Shown here: one piece after another, positions 27,481 to 36,431 of the stretch
Layout of the letters: every line of letters starts with the position of its first letter
Position numbering within the stretch: the stretch's first letter is position 1
Origin: a virus
Lineage: Duplodnaviria; Caudoviricetes
Reading direction: 5' to 3' (one strand)
Virus record (IMG/VR): IMGVR_UViG_3300014590_000001
Span: 192,658 to 256,657 of that record
Length of the DNA stretch: 64,000 nt
Position numbers and translations under genes: made by a program
The notes under the pieces: model-generated
What the model saw: only the letters and a program-made list of their open reading frames with translations
What the model was told of the DNA's origin: nothing
The model's database searches: none

Positions 27481-27773
27481 TGTCCAGTATCGATCAACTT
27501 TGTGAAAGCGCTTATTTGTTTAACGGCTATCGTTTGATTGAAGACGCCACAATGACGCAAAACAAATTTGTTCCTATCGAACGTAACTGGTTTATGCGTA
27601 TCGTTGCGAAAGTTTTCAGACTCAAGAAAGAAACGGTAGTGGTTGAGCCGCTGCCCACTTTCTACTTGTGCCATGACTGCATCATCGCGCATCCGGAAAA
27701 CATCAAACGAATTCGTGATGCCGTTGAACAAAGTAAGAAGAGTTTCAAAACTTCTTCGGTAACTGTTTATTAG
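27480..27773 (+). CDS. hypothetical protein
   Basis: TAATG coupling to SbcC. Confidence 0.7.
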   Translation: MSSIDQLCESAYLFNGYRLIEDATMTQNKFVPIERNWFMRIVAKVFRLKKETVVVEPLPTFYLCHDCIIAHPENIKRIRDAVEQSKKSFKTSSVTVY

Positions 27774-27783
27774 TGAGGAACGT

Positions 27784-28497
27784 ATGCCAGTAGTAGCGGT
27801 TACGAAACAAAGCCCTGAGCAAGTTCTCGGTTGGTTGAAGCAAGAAGATCCTGATGTTCGTGTGACTTACTGCCCTCAAGGAATCGCACTCGATCCGGAT
27901 AAGAAATATCGCAAACATATTTTCGTGATTGGAACGAAAGAGTTCGACCGAAACGCGGTGAGCATTCGCCAAATGCCTCAACACATTTTCTTTGTGTTTG
28001 GTCATAGCGTTCTTCTGGAAAAGTACGGTCTGGAAGTTGATAAGCGAGTTCAGGAACTTGAACCTATTCGTCCGAAGTTGGTTCCGGTTGGATCTTATTT
28101 GAAAGATCTGAAACATCGTGCGATTGAGGGAAGTCTGTTCTATGATTTAATGACTTTCATTTATACGATGCCAAGTAAGACGCACCAGAAACCAATCACC
28201 AGTTTGATTTGCAAATGGATTTACACCGGATGCAAAACAGATATTCGCGAGGATATTGAAGCTCTGGATTTACGCATTAGCAATAGCAACATGGCAAAGC
28301 TAATCTCTATTCTGGAAAAACCTGTTACCTATCGTTTGCGTGATGCTTTTATTGATTTGAATAAAGGCGTTTGTTCTACGATGGGTCAGGCAGTAATAAA
28401 ACATCGTGTTCAGGTTTTCGAATTGGGCTACATCAAAGGTAACGTTGAGAAAATCGCAAACGTCACCGATGAACTAGTTTCCAATCGGGGGATCTAA
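27784..28497 (+). CDS. hypothetical protein
   Basis: 237-aa ORF with GAGG SD. Confidence 0.75.
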   Translation: MPVVAVTKQSPEQVLGWLKQEDPDVRVTYCPQGIALDPDKKYRKHIFVIGTKEFDRNAVSIRQMPQHIFFVFGHSVLLEKYGLEVDKRVQELEPIRPKLVPVGSYLKDLKHRAIEGSLFYDLMTFIYTMPSKTHQKPITSLICKWIYTGCKTDIREDIEALDLRISNSNMAKLISILEKPVTYRLRDAFIDLNKGVCSTMGQAVIKHRVQVFELGYIKGNVEKIANVTDELVSNRGI

Positions 28498-28507
28498 ATT
28501 TTAATAC

Positions 28508-28533
28508 AAAGGGTGGCTTCGGCTGCCCTTTTT
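28508..28533 (+). terminator. intrinsic terminator (GGGTGGC/GCTGCCC family)
   Basis: aaagggtggc-ttcg-gctgcccttttt. Confidence 0.85.
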
Positions 28534-28543
28534 CATTTCTAAT

Positions 28544-28552
28544 GCTAATTTT
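28544..28552 (+). promoter_or_regulatory. GCTAATTTT class 2 promoter motif
   Basis: Upstream of the lysozyme and tagged-protein operon. Confidence 0.5.
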
Positions 28553-28581
28553 TATCGTGTATAGCTTATTGGAGAATTCAA

Positions 28582-29151
28582 ATGATTAACGCATTAAGTA
28601 CGCGAGCAATCATTGAAGTCATCGAACGTGAAGGTGGCTCAAAATATACGAACCGTGCTGCCGACCGTGGTGGCCCGACTCGTTGGGGAGTCACTGAAAA
28701 AACTGCTCGTGCGTATGGGTATACAGGCAGTATGGAAACCTTACCTCAAGAAGTTGCGATTGAAATTTTCCGCAAAAACTTTTGGGATTTCTGCAAGTGC
28801 GATCAGCTCGCTAAATTCAGCGAAGAACTTGCTGTATGGGTTTTCGATTTTGCCGTTAACTCTTCACCTGCAAACGCAATTGCTCCGCTGCAAGGTCTGC
28901 TTAATGTTCTGAATGATCGTCAGAAACTTTATCCGGACTTTGCACCTGCCGCGAACATCGGGCCAAAAACTATTGCTGCGCTTGAGTCGTATTCGAAAGT
29001 GCGCGACGTGAAAATTCTTGCGCGTGTATATAACGGTCTGCGTCTGTCATTCCTTTATAACATCGCTGCCAAAGATGAATCACAAGAATCCAACGTGTAC
29101 GGTTGGTTCAATCGTGTCGTTAATATTACTGCTAACGTGGGCGTGAAGTAA
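28582..29151 (+). CDS. glycoside hydrolase family 108 lysozyme (endolysin-like) with C-terminal PG-binding region
   Basis: EGG..Y.N...DRGGPT.WGVT, FDFAVNS, IGPKT and GWFNR. Confidence 0.88.
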   Translation: MINALSTRAIIEVIEREGGSKYTNRAADRGGPTRWGVTEKTARAYGYTGSMETLPQEVAIEIFRKNFWDFCKCDQLAKFSEELAVWVFDFAVNSSPANAIAPLQGLLNVLNDRQKLYPDFAPAANIGPKTIAALESYSKVRDVKILARVYNGLRLSFLYNIAAKDESQESNVYGWFNRVVNITANVGVK

Positions 29152-29177
29152 CGCCAAATATATTACAGGAAAATAAA

Positions 29178-30044
29178 ATGAAAGTAAGTTTAGATCTTTC
29201 TGGCGCTGCTGTTTCTACTTCTGCCCCGAAAGCAAAAATCAACGCCAAACTCATTACCTCTAAAGGTGAGCGTGTTCTGGTATTCCGCTCTGGCATGAAG
29301 CCTGTTATCGCTACTGTAATGTCGAACCTGAAAACCATCAAACAGAAAGTTGGTGCTCTGGTTAAAGCTGAACACGACGAACATAGCGCAGACGTTGCTA
29401 TGGGTCAGGCCAAAGATCCGGCACGTAAGAAACTGCTCAAAGATAAAAAGAAAACTTCGGGCACTACTGCTAAAAATCTTCGCGCAGAAATGAAAAAGCT
29501 GTACAGCGATTCTCATGCCCTGCTGCGTAAAAATAATCTGTCCAGCGTTTCTCTGCCGATCATTCAACGTGATCTGGAAGGTAACGCCAAGAGTATTAAG
29601 TCAGATCTGGATCGTCTGGATTTGAAGAAACTGCGCTTTAAAAATCTGCATAGTATTCCTGGCCATCGCGATCCGGATTACACGCCGAAATTTATGGCTG
29701 ACGAAAAGTTTGAAGCTCTGGAAGCGGCACCTACCAAACTGCGCTCGGTTAAAAAGCCTGAAACAGTTGGACGTAAACGCGTGAAACCTTCAGGACGCAC
29801 TGCCGATTCAAAAGGTAAGGCGATTTCTCCTGCAACTGTTATCAAACGTTTGGGTGAAGCCTTTGGTGAAAAATTCACTGCAAGCCAATTGAAAGCCTAC
29901 TCGATTGTTGAATCGAATGATGGTGGTCTGATTATGGTTCCGCCAACTGGTAAGAAATTGAAAATGTCTCGCGCCAAACTCGCTAAGTTCAACGTAACTC
30001 CTGCTGATGCTGAGTCTCTGAAACCTACCCGCCGTGTGCGTTAA
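29178..30044 (+). CDS. basic probable virion protein (tag variant MKVSLDLS..VSTSA)
   Basis: K-rich, strongly biased codon use, similar layout to the next gene. Confidence 0.7.
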   Translation: MKVSLDLSGAAVSTSAPKAKINAKLITSKGERVLVFRSGMKPVIATVMSNLKTIKQKVGALVKAEHDEHSADVAMGQAKDPARKKLLKDKKKTSGTTAKNLRAEMKKLYSDSHALLRKNNLSSVSLPIIQRDLEGNAKSIKSDLDRLDLKKLRFKNLHSIPGHRDPDYTPKFMADEKFEALEAAPTKLRSVKKPETVGRKRVKPSGRTADSKGKAISPATVIKRLGEAFGEKFTASQLKAYSIVESNDGGLIMVPPTGKKLKMSRAKLAKFNVTPADAESLKPTRRVR

Positions 30045-30062
30045 TATTTAAGGGAAACCAAA

Positions 30063-31034
30063 ATGAAATTGATGATTAATCTTGCAGAAGAAACTTCTTC
30101 TCTGTCTGCTGCTAAAACCCCAAAGTTCAAAATCACCAAAGTTGGCGCAAAGAAATCTCTGACGGTTGCTAAGTCTGCTTCCCGTGATTTCAAGAAAGCT
30201 CTCGGCCTTGCAGCTAAGGCACATAAAGGCGTTGGCGTTCTGCAAAAGCAACGTGCAAATCTGGAAAACGCGCAGGAAAAACTTTCCAAAGCAACTGCGA
30301 TGAACAAAGATCATATGCGCGGTCTGGTGAAAACTGCAAAAGGTAAAATTGCAGACACCAAAAAACTGATCAAGCAGTATAACTCTGAAGCGTCAAAACT
30401 TCTGAAATCGAACTTCGGTTTGGCTATCACTGTTCCGTTCTCCACTGAAGATCTGTGCTCACCAACGAAAGCAAAATCTGCGAAGATGAAAACTTTCGAA
30501 GGTCTGAAAGTTAAGGGCATGTCTGGTTTTGTTAAGACCATCGTTTCTGTGAAAGACGATGTTATCACTGGCAAAACTGTGAAAGAAGTGAAGAACAAAG
30601 ACGGCTCTACTCGCAAGTCTGGTTTCAAATCTCTGGACGAAATCGAAGACAGCATGGTATCAACTCCGGCTAGTCGCCGCCGTCGCGAAGATTCAAAAAT
30701 TCGCAGCAACGCAGAAGCAAAGAAACGTACTAAAGCTCGCGTAGAGGACGCGCGTAAGATTGCCGCCAAAGTTGAAAAACAGATGCCTAAGATTCTCGAT
30801 GACGTAGGCATTACTTTTGACCAGACCAAAAAATCTGGCAAACTGATGTATAACATTCAGGGCGAACGCAAAACCTCCGTGGGTAAAAATAACATCGTAA
30901 TGACCGAAATGCAGATGCACTTGGAAGATAAAAAGATTCCAGTGACTAAGCTGAAAAACGGATTCGAGATCCCCGGTATTATTCGCTTTACGCGAGGCGA
31001 AAATGGCGTGACGTTCAAACGTCTGGATAAATAA
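30063..31034 (+). CDS. basic probable virion protein (tag variant MKLMINLA..SSLSA)
   Basis: K-rich, probable paralogue of 29178 (K.Y.S....LL..N......P). Confidence 0.7.
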   Translation: MKLMINLAEETSSLSAAKTPKFKITKVGAKKSLTVAKSASRDFKKALGLAAKAHKGVGVLQKQRANLENAQEKLSKATAMNKDHMRGLVKTAKGKIADTKKLIKQYNSEASKLLKSNFGLAITVPFSTEDLCSPTKAKSAKMKTFEGLKVKGMSGFVKTIVSVKDDVITGKTVKEVKNKDGSTRKSGFKSLDEIEDSMVSTPASRRRREDSKIRSNAEAKKRTKARVEDARKIAAKVEKQMPKILDDVGITFDQTKKSGKLMYNIQGERKTSVGKNNIVMTEMQMHLEDKKIPVTKLKNGFEIPGIIRFTRGENGVTFKRLDK

Positions 31035-31057
31035 TCACTGCTCAGTGTGAGGCACAA

Positions 31058-31624
31058 ATGGAAATTTTTATTTCCCTTTCAGCGAACCTGTCTGATCGCG
31101 CCTTGCAAGAAGTTTTGAACCGTGGAAAACTTGATGTTCGCGTTGTTGCTTCCCGTAAGATCAGCAACACGCTTTATCTTTTCGCATATATAAATGCAGA
31201 CGGCGATTACGTTGTCTGCCGCGCTACTCTGTCACAAGCTGGACTTGTAGCGAATAAATTTGTGCTGCGTAAAGTTGAACCTCTTTCTACGGAAGAAACT
31301 CTTTGGCACGTAGATAAGGCTTTCGATAAATTTGATAGCGCTGGCAAAAGTCTTTCCGCTCCTCCCCCTCTCTGCTCGTTCATCTATCCGCTTTCTGATT
31401 TCGGTATCGAAAAAACTCCAGACTTAGATGACATTCTTCGTGATTGGAAATTGAAGTTTGAAATTGCAATTCCTCTCAAGTGGGTTGGTGTAGATTGGAG
31501 TGCGGAGAAAATTGAAATCCGCATGGAAGATCCATCGTGTCAGGATCAACGTCCTGTACTCGGCACGAAAGATGCGGTGTTCGATTGCCTGCAAAACTAT
31601 TTCAGATACAGAGGAAAATGTTGA
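31058..31624 (+). CDS. hypothetical protein with MEIFISLSA tag
   Basis: GAGG SD and shared tag. Confidence 0.75.
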   Translation: MEIFISLSANLSDRALQEVLNRGKLDVRVVASRKISNTLYLFAYINADGDYVVCRATLSQAGLVANKFVLRKVEPLSTEETLWHVDKAFDKFDSAGKSLSAPPPLCSFIYPLSDFGIEKTPDLDDILRDWKLKFEIAIPLKWVGVDWSAEKIEIRMEDPSCQDQRPVLGTKDAVFDCLQNYFRYRGKC

Positions 31625-31989
31625 TGTGGACTTATCATATTTCAACTGGCGTAATGCTGGATAAAAACGGCAAGCAAGTTGCAAAAGGCTACAGCGGTAA
31701 AGGCGCTCACAAAAACGTTGTTGCAGATACGCATATCGTTAATGAAGGGCCACTGCCGATTGGCATTTATAAAATCAATGCGCCGCGCACCAGTGCGAAG
31801 ACCGGACCATACGCGATGGATCTTACGCCTGATGCAAACAATAAAATGTTTGGTCGCGGAAGTTTCCAGATTCACGGTGACAGTGTTAAAAATCCTGGGA
31901 CTGCTTCCAGTGGTTGCATTATTATGCCGCGCAACATTCGTGAACTGATCTGGAACAGCAACGATCACTCTATCGAAGTTAAAGCGTAA
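31624..31989 (+). CDS. Tlde1/DUF2778-like L,D-transpeptidase-fold protein
   Basis: GYSG...GPLP.G.Y.I...GR..FQIHGD......ASSGCI (HxxxxSxGC catalytic motif). ATG at 31624. Confidence 0.8.
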   Translation: MWTYHISTGVMLDKNGKQVAKGYSGKGAHKNVVADTHIVNEGPLPIGIYKINAPRTSAKTGPYAMDLTPDANNKMFGRGSFQIHGDSVKNPGTASSGCIIMPRNIRELIWNSNDHSIEVKA

Positions 31990-32000
31990 GGAGATTCGCA

Positions 32001-33785
32001 ATGGAAATCGAAGTAAGTCTAAGCGCATTGACTCCTTCGCAGTACAGGCCATTCATGAAAATGTTTAAGCCTGATCCGCAACTGCTGAAACTGTTTCAGA
32101 AAATAAGCGGTCGTATCGGAAATCGTGCAATGCGTTTGTACTTCGATTTTCAAAGCGACAAGCTGCTTAAAAACTTTGCGCCCGAATGCCCTTCAGAGAT
32201 CAAAGATTATTTGGTTGAGAAGGGTTTTGTGCTTGAGGACTATGTTTCCGGAACGGCTCGCGATAAACATGATCGCGTTGTGCGTATCGGGAAGATTCTT
32301 TCCAAACAGCCTGAACTGGCTAAAACTTTTGAAACCGATCCAAACCGTAAAGCAATCGTGAGTGTTACGCGTGGCAAGAAAACTGTTTGCCTGAGTATGC
32401 ACCCATACGATATTGCTGGCATGAGTACAGGCCGTGGTTGGACAAGTTGTATGAATCTGGATGACGGCATAAATAAACAGTATGTGGCTGACGATATTAA
32501 GCATCACACTCTGGTTGCCTATCTGATCGATTCCTCGGACAAAGATTTGAAACGTCCTTTGTCTCGCGTACTGATTAAACGTTTTTACGCGATGAACAAA
32601 AAAGATTTCTTCTATCATGTTGAGCGCGTTTATCCGACTCCGAACGAACCGTTTATTTCTTCGGTTCAGGAATTCATTAACGAGCATATCAACAAACCGC
32701 TTATCGGCGATAAAGCGATGGAAGACGTTACGTATCGTCTGCATGAAGATCTGTATTCCGATACGAACACAAACATCTTCCCTGATTTGAGTATGAAAGA
32801 TTCAGATCCGGAACGTGTGAAAAATATTCTCGGAACATACTCTCCTACGCTTGTTCCAGATCAGCAATGGCCTATGCTTGCTCGTCGTTTTGGCGAAGAT
32901 TTATTTTCAATGGTGTTTACTGAAGCTCGCGTTGGCGAACCTGATAAGTTTAATAACTCCACTCTGGTTCTGTTCTGCGATGCAATGCGTGACGTTCTCT
33001 CCAAAGAGAAATTTGATCGCATGATGTTGAGTATGGGCGCGTACATGATGCGTACCAAACGAAACTATTTGGTTAACACTGTTTTCTATATGTCGCTCTA
33101 TTATCGCTCATATAGTTTCTTACGCTTGTGTGGGCGTACTCCTGAGATTGATGTTTTGATGCGAGACTTAGGACGAAACATTGGTGTACTGGAACCGCGT
33201 CTGCGTGATACTGATGCGCGTCTGCAATTCTTTGAAGACCTCGTTCCTCAAATGCACGAGTATATCAAAGACAGAGGATTGTTTATTCGATCCTTCGCTC
33301 TGCTGTGTGGTGAACTCACGCACTTTATGGAACTTGATAGTTTCGTCCACTACATTAAAAAGTTTGAGAAGTATATTGAGTTTGATACGGTTGTGGATTA
33401 TGCAAGTTACTTCAATCGTCCGGAACATAAACTCAAAGCGCTGGCGCTGGCATACGATACAGATCAGATCAAAGAAGTTAATATCGGAACGTTCATGTAT
33501 CGTGTTTATGAGAAAGAATTCTCTGACGGCATGAAACAGAAATTCTTTGCAGCAATGAACGAAGACGATATGCTTCAAGCGTGTCTGAAGTGGAGCCATG
33601 ATAAACGCTTCGAAGAAATGCTGAAAGCCAACGGCGAATCAATGGGCTTCAATTATTTCCGCGAACGTCATCGCGAATCAATGGTAACGTTCTATCCTAC
33701 TATTCGTCATAATGATCAGGCTGAATTCCTGTTCGTTGTTGCGGAGTCTCTGTTGGATACTGCCTATCAATTAACGGATCAATAA
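32001..33785 (+). CDS. tagged (MEIEVSLSA) protein, paralogue 1 with HPYD.AGMST.RGWTSCM domain
   Basis: N-terminal ~260 aa clearly homologous to the next ORF. Confidence 0.8.
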   Translation: MEIEVSLSALTPSQYRPFMKMFKPDPQLLKLFQKISGRIGNRAMRLYFDFQSDKLLKNFAPECPSEIKDYLVEKGFVLEDYVSGTARDKHDRVVRIGKILSKQPELAKTFETDPNRKAIVSVTRGKKTVCLSMHPYDIAGMSTGRGWTSCMNLDDGINKQYVADDIKHHTLVAYLIDSSDKDLKRPLSRVLIKRFYAMNKKDFFYHVERVYPTPNEPFISSVQEFINEHINKPLIGDKAMEDVTYRLHEDLYSDTNTNIFPDLSMKDSDPERVKNILGTYSPTLVPDQQWPMLARRFGEDLFSMVFTEARVGEPDKFNNSTLVLFCDAMRDVLSKEKFDRMMLSMGAYMMRTKRNYLVNTVFYMSLYYRSYSFLRLCGRTPEIDVLMRDLGRNIGVLEPRLRDTDARLQFFEDLVPQMHEYIKDRGLFIRSFALLCGELTHFMELDSFVHYIKKFEKYIEFDTVVDYASYFNRPEHKLKALALAYDTDQIKEVNIGTFMYRVYEKEFSDGMKQKFFAAMNEDDMLQACLKWSHDKRFEEMLKANGESMGFNYFRERHRESMVTFYPTIRHNDQAEFLFVVAESLLDTAYQLTDQ

Positions 33786-33786
33786 C

Positions 33787-35757
33787 ATGGAAATACTGGT
33801 AAGCCTTAGTGCGCTGCAACTTTCTCAATATCGCCAATACGCAAAGGGCTGGAAACCAGATCCGCAATTGCTGGAAATATTTGAGAAGCAATCCCACAAG
33901 CGCGGAAAGAAAGCGTTTCGAATTTATTTCGACTACGCCACGGATAAAGATATTCGAATTTCTGATGCACAAATTCCTTCGCAGATTACCGCGTTCCTTC
34001 AGCAAAATGGATATCAGCTTTTGGATTACGCCGCAGGTACAGTAAAGGATAAGCATGAACGTGTAACGCGTTTGGGTAAAGTTCTTTCTAAACAGCCTGA
34101 CCTGAAAAAACTTTTTGATAACGATGCAAATCGTCGTCAGATTGTTACAGCGTCCAAAGGAAATAAACTGGTGTGTTTAAGTATGCACCCGTATGACGTT
34201 GCAGGTATGAGTACGGATCGCGGCTGGACAAGTTGCATGAACTTAGTTTCTGGTTCAAACAAGCAATATGTTAAAGCTGATGTGGAAGCGAATACGCTTA
34301 TCGCCTATCTGATCAACGAAGACGATAAGAATATTAATGCACCGATCATGCGCGTGTTGTTGAAGAAATATTTTGCAACCTCTGGCGATTCGTACCGCTA
34401 TATTGCAGAAGTTGTCTATCCGGACGCCAAAGATAAAATGTTCCTGACGAAAGTTCAGGAGTGGGTTGATGAAAATATTAACACACAATCAGACAGGACT
34501 CGTACCACTACTGTAATGCGTAAATCTGCGCAGGTGTACAACGACGACAACTCTGATTACATTTTCACTAACCTCGGACAGCTTGGGGATAAAACTCTGG
34601 CGCAGGTTGAGAAAATTCTTGATGGCATTCTTGCGAAACTTCCGAGAGCCAGAACTAACAACTTCAATCCTGCTTCAATCGGCAAACTCTTTAAAACTTC
34701 ACCGCAAGCTATTCTTGCGAAAAATATTTCCAGATTCTCAATGCAGGTTGGAAAGATTTGGGCGAAGTCTATTCAGAGTAAACCAAATAAGTTGGAATTG
34801 GTTTCGAAAGTTTTTGCGGAGTTGGCTTCACGTCAAAACTCGTCACTCCCGGATCGTGTTCTTGGCGGTTTGGTTGCGGAGCGTGATTTCGATTCCTTGC
34901 GTGTAGCAGGTGAGTATATTGATCTGCCTGAGTTTATTCTTTCAGGTGCGCTTGATTCTGTAATTGGTAAATTGTATAACGATCCAGCTAAACCTCAAGC
35001 GGTGTTTGATGTTGCTTCCAATCTTGCGCAGCTAACGAATATACCTGATGAAACTTTCTGGCGCGTTCTCTCGCAGACTACTGATCTTGAAACGCTTGAG
35101 GATATTGAAGATCAATCAAGACGAGATAACATGTACGCGTCTTATGTTCCAGCGTTCAAAGCTATTTCGGAAATCCAATCACCGTTCACCACATTGAAGT
35201 CTTTGAAGAAAGCGAAGGAAACTATTCCTCGGCATGTAACTGAGATCTTTAAATTCTTCCTTAGTAAAAAGGATAAGAATTTAATTGAGTTCACACTCAA
35301 GGATTACGGAATCAGTGGCTACAAAGATCGCTACCGTTCGTGGGATGTAATTGACGAAGCATTAGAGGAAATGGAAAATCCTCCAGTGTTGAAAGTGGCA
35401 ACGATTTCTGCCCCGTCAGACACTCCCATCTATTTAGGTTTCGATGTACCAGTATCTAAAGAAGAAATTCTTTCTCTTGTTCAAAAGGCAATTGAAGATC
35501 CTTCTAACGGAGAAACGTATACCGAAACAATTCCGTATAAAAACTGTCGTGTAATTAACGATGGAAAAGATCTTCTGTTGGTTGATAGGCGCGGAAGAGA
35601 ACACGGTACGTTGACCGAAGCTCTGGAAGAAGATGATATCAGTGTTGAGTTTACTATTTACGAAGACGAGAAAACTCATATCCCGATGGTGAGATATGAG
35701 GGCGAAGAAGAAGAAGTTGAAAATGCAATTGATTCCGTGCGCTACTATGTGACTTAA
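33787..35757 (+). CDS. tagged (MEILVSLSA) protein, paralogue 2 with HPYD.AGMST.RGWTSCM domain
   Basis: Tandem paralogue with an unrelated C-terminus. Confidence 0.8.
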   Translation: MEILVSLSALQLSQYRQYAKGWKPDPQLLEIFEKQSHKRGKKAFRIYFDYATDKDIRISDAQIPSQITAFLQQNGYQLLDYAAGTVKDKHERVTRLGKVLSKQPDLKKLFDNDANRRQIVTASKGNKLVCLSMHPYDVAGMSTDRGWTSCMNLVSGSNKQYVKADVEANTLIAYLINEDDKNINAPIMRVLLKKYFATSGDSYRYIAEVVYPDAKDKMFLTKVQEWVDENINTQSDRTRTTTVMRKSAQVYNDDNSDYIFTNLGQLGDKTLAQVEKILDGILAKLPRARTNNFNPASIGKLFKTSPQAILAKNISRFSMQVGKIWAKSIQSKPNKLELVSKVFAELASRQNSSLPDRVLGGLVAERDFDSLRVAGEYIDLPEFILSGALDSVIGKLYNDPAKPQAVFDVASNLAQLTNIPDETFWRVLSQTTDLETLEDIEDQSRRDNMYASYVPAFKAISEIQSPFTTLKSLKKAKETIPRHVTEIFKFFLSKKDKNLIEFTLKDYGISGYKDRYRSWDVIDEALEEMENPPVLKVATISAPSDTPIYLGFDVPVSKEEILSLVQKAIEDPSNGETYTETIPYKNCRVINDGKDLLLVDRRGREHGTLTEALEEDDISVEFTIYEDEKTHIPMVRYEGEEEEVENAIDSVRYYVT

Positions 35758-35763
35758 TTTTCC

Positions 35764-35774
35764 AAATCTGTAAA
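35764..35774 (+). promoter_or_regulatory. AAATCTGTAAA class 1 promoter motif
   Basis: Exact copy. Confidence 0.7.
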
Positions 35775-35803
35775 GTGTCTATGCTTATTAAGAGGATTCA
35801 AAA

Positions 35804-36355
35804 ATGATTCTCGGATTTACAGGACACCGACCAAACAGACTTGGAGGATATTCCTCATGCGCTAAGAAAAAGTTGTATCGTTTTGCACACCGAATTTTGT
35901 TGAGGATGGATGACGACGTTACGATAGTGCAAGGATGCGCTCTTGGTTTCGATCAGGCGATAGCGACCGCCGCGATTGAGCAAGGACACAAGGTAATCAG
36001 CATGGTTCCGTTTTTAGGTTTCAATAAAAACTGGCCTGTTGAAAGTGTTTTCGAATTGGACGGCATTCTAAATCAGAGTAGCGAAGTTCGTGTGTGCATT
36101 ACGAAAGATGTGATGGAAACAATCGACAACATTCCCTTTGCGTTAGACTACCGCAATCAAATGATTGTGAAAGAAAGCGATACGTTATTCGCTCTGGCAT
36201 GTGGCGCAAAGTCTGGTACGCAGAACTGTATTGATTTTGCAATCCAGCAACAAGTTCCTGTAGTTAACTTGTGGAAAGATTGGCTCTCGTTTAAAGAGAC
36301 AGGAAGATTTGCAACACTGAAATCTAAGTCTCGATCTATTTCAGATTTGATGTAA
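35804..36355 (+). CDS. YspA/DUF1273 SLOG-family protein
   Basis: GFTGHRP, GCALGFDQ, VPF, RNQMIV and SGTQNCI. Confidence 0.85.
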   Translation: MILGFTGHRPNRLGGYSSCAKKKLYRFAHRILLRMDDDVTIVQGCALGFDQAIATAAIEQGHKVISMVPFLGFNKNWPVESVFELDGILNQSSEVRVCITKDVMETIDNIPFALDYRNQMIVKESDTLFALACGAKSGTQNCIDFAIQQQVPVVNLWKDWLSFKETGRFATLKSKSRSISDLM

Positions 36356-36358
36356 AAC

Positions 36359-36388
36359 AAATGGGTGGCCTAAGTGCTGCCCATTTTT
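36359..36388 (+). terminator. intrinsic terminator (GGGTGGC/GCTGCCC family)
   Basis: aaatgggtggc-ctaagt-gctgcccattttt. Confidence 0.85.
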
Positions 36389-36431
36389 ATTTCTGTAAAG
36401 AGTAGATAAGAAAACTCGGCGGTTCGAAACA

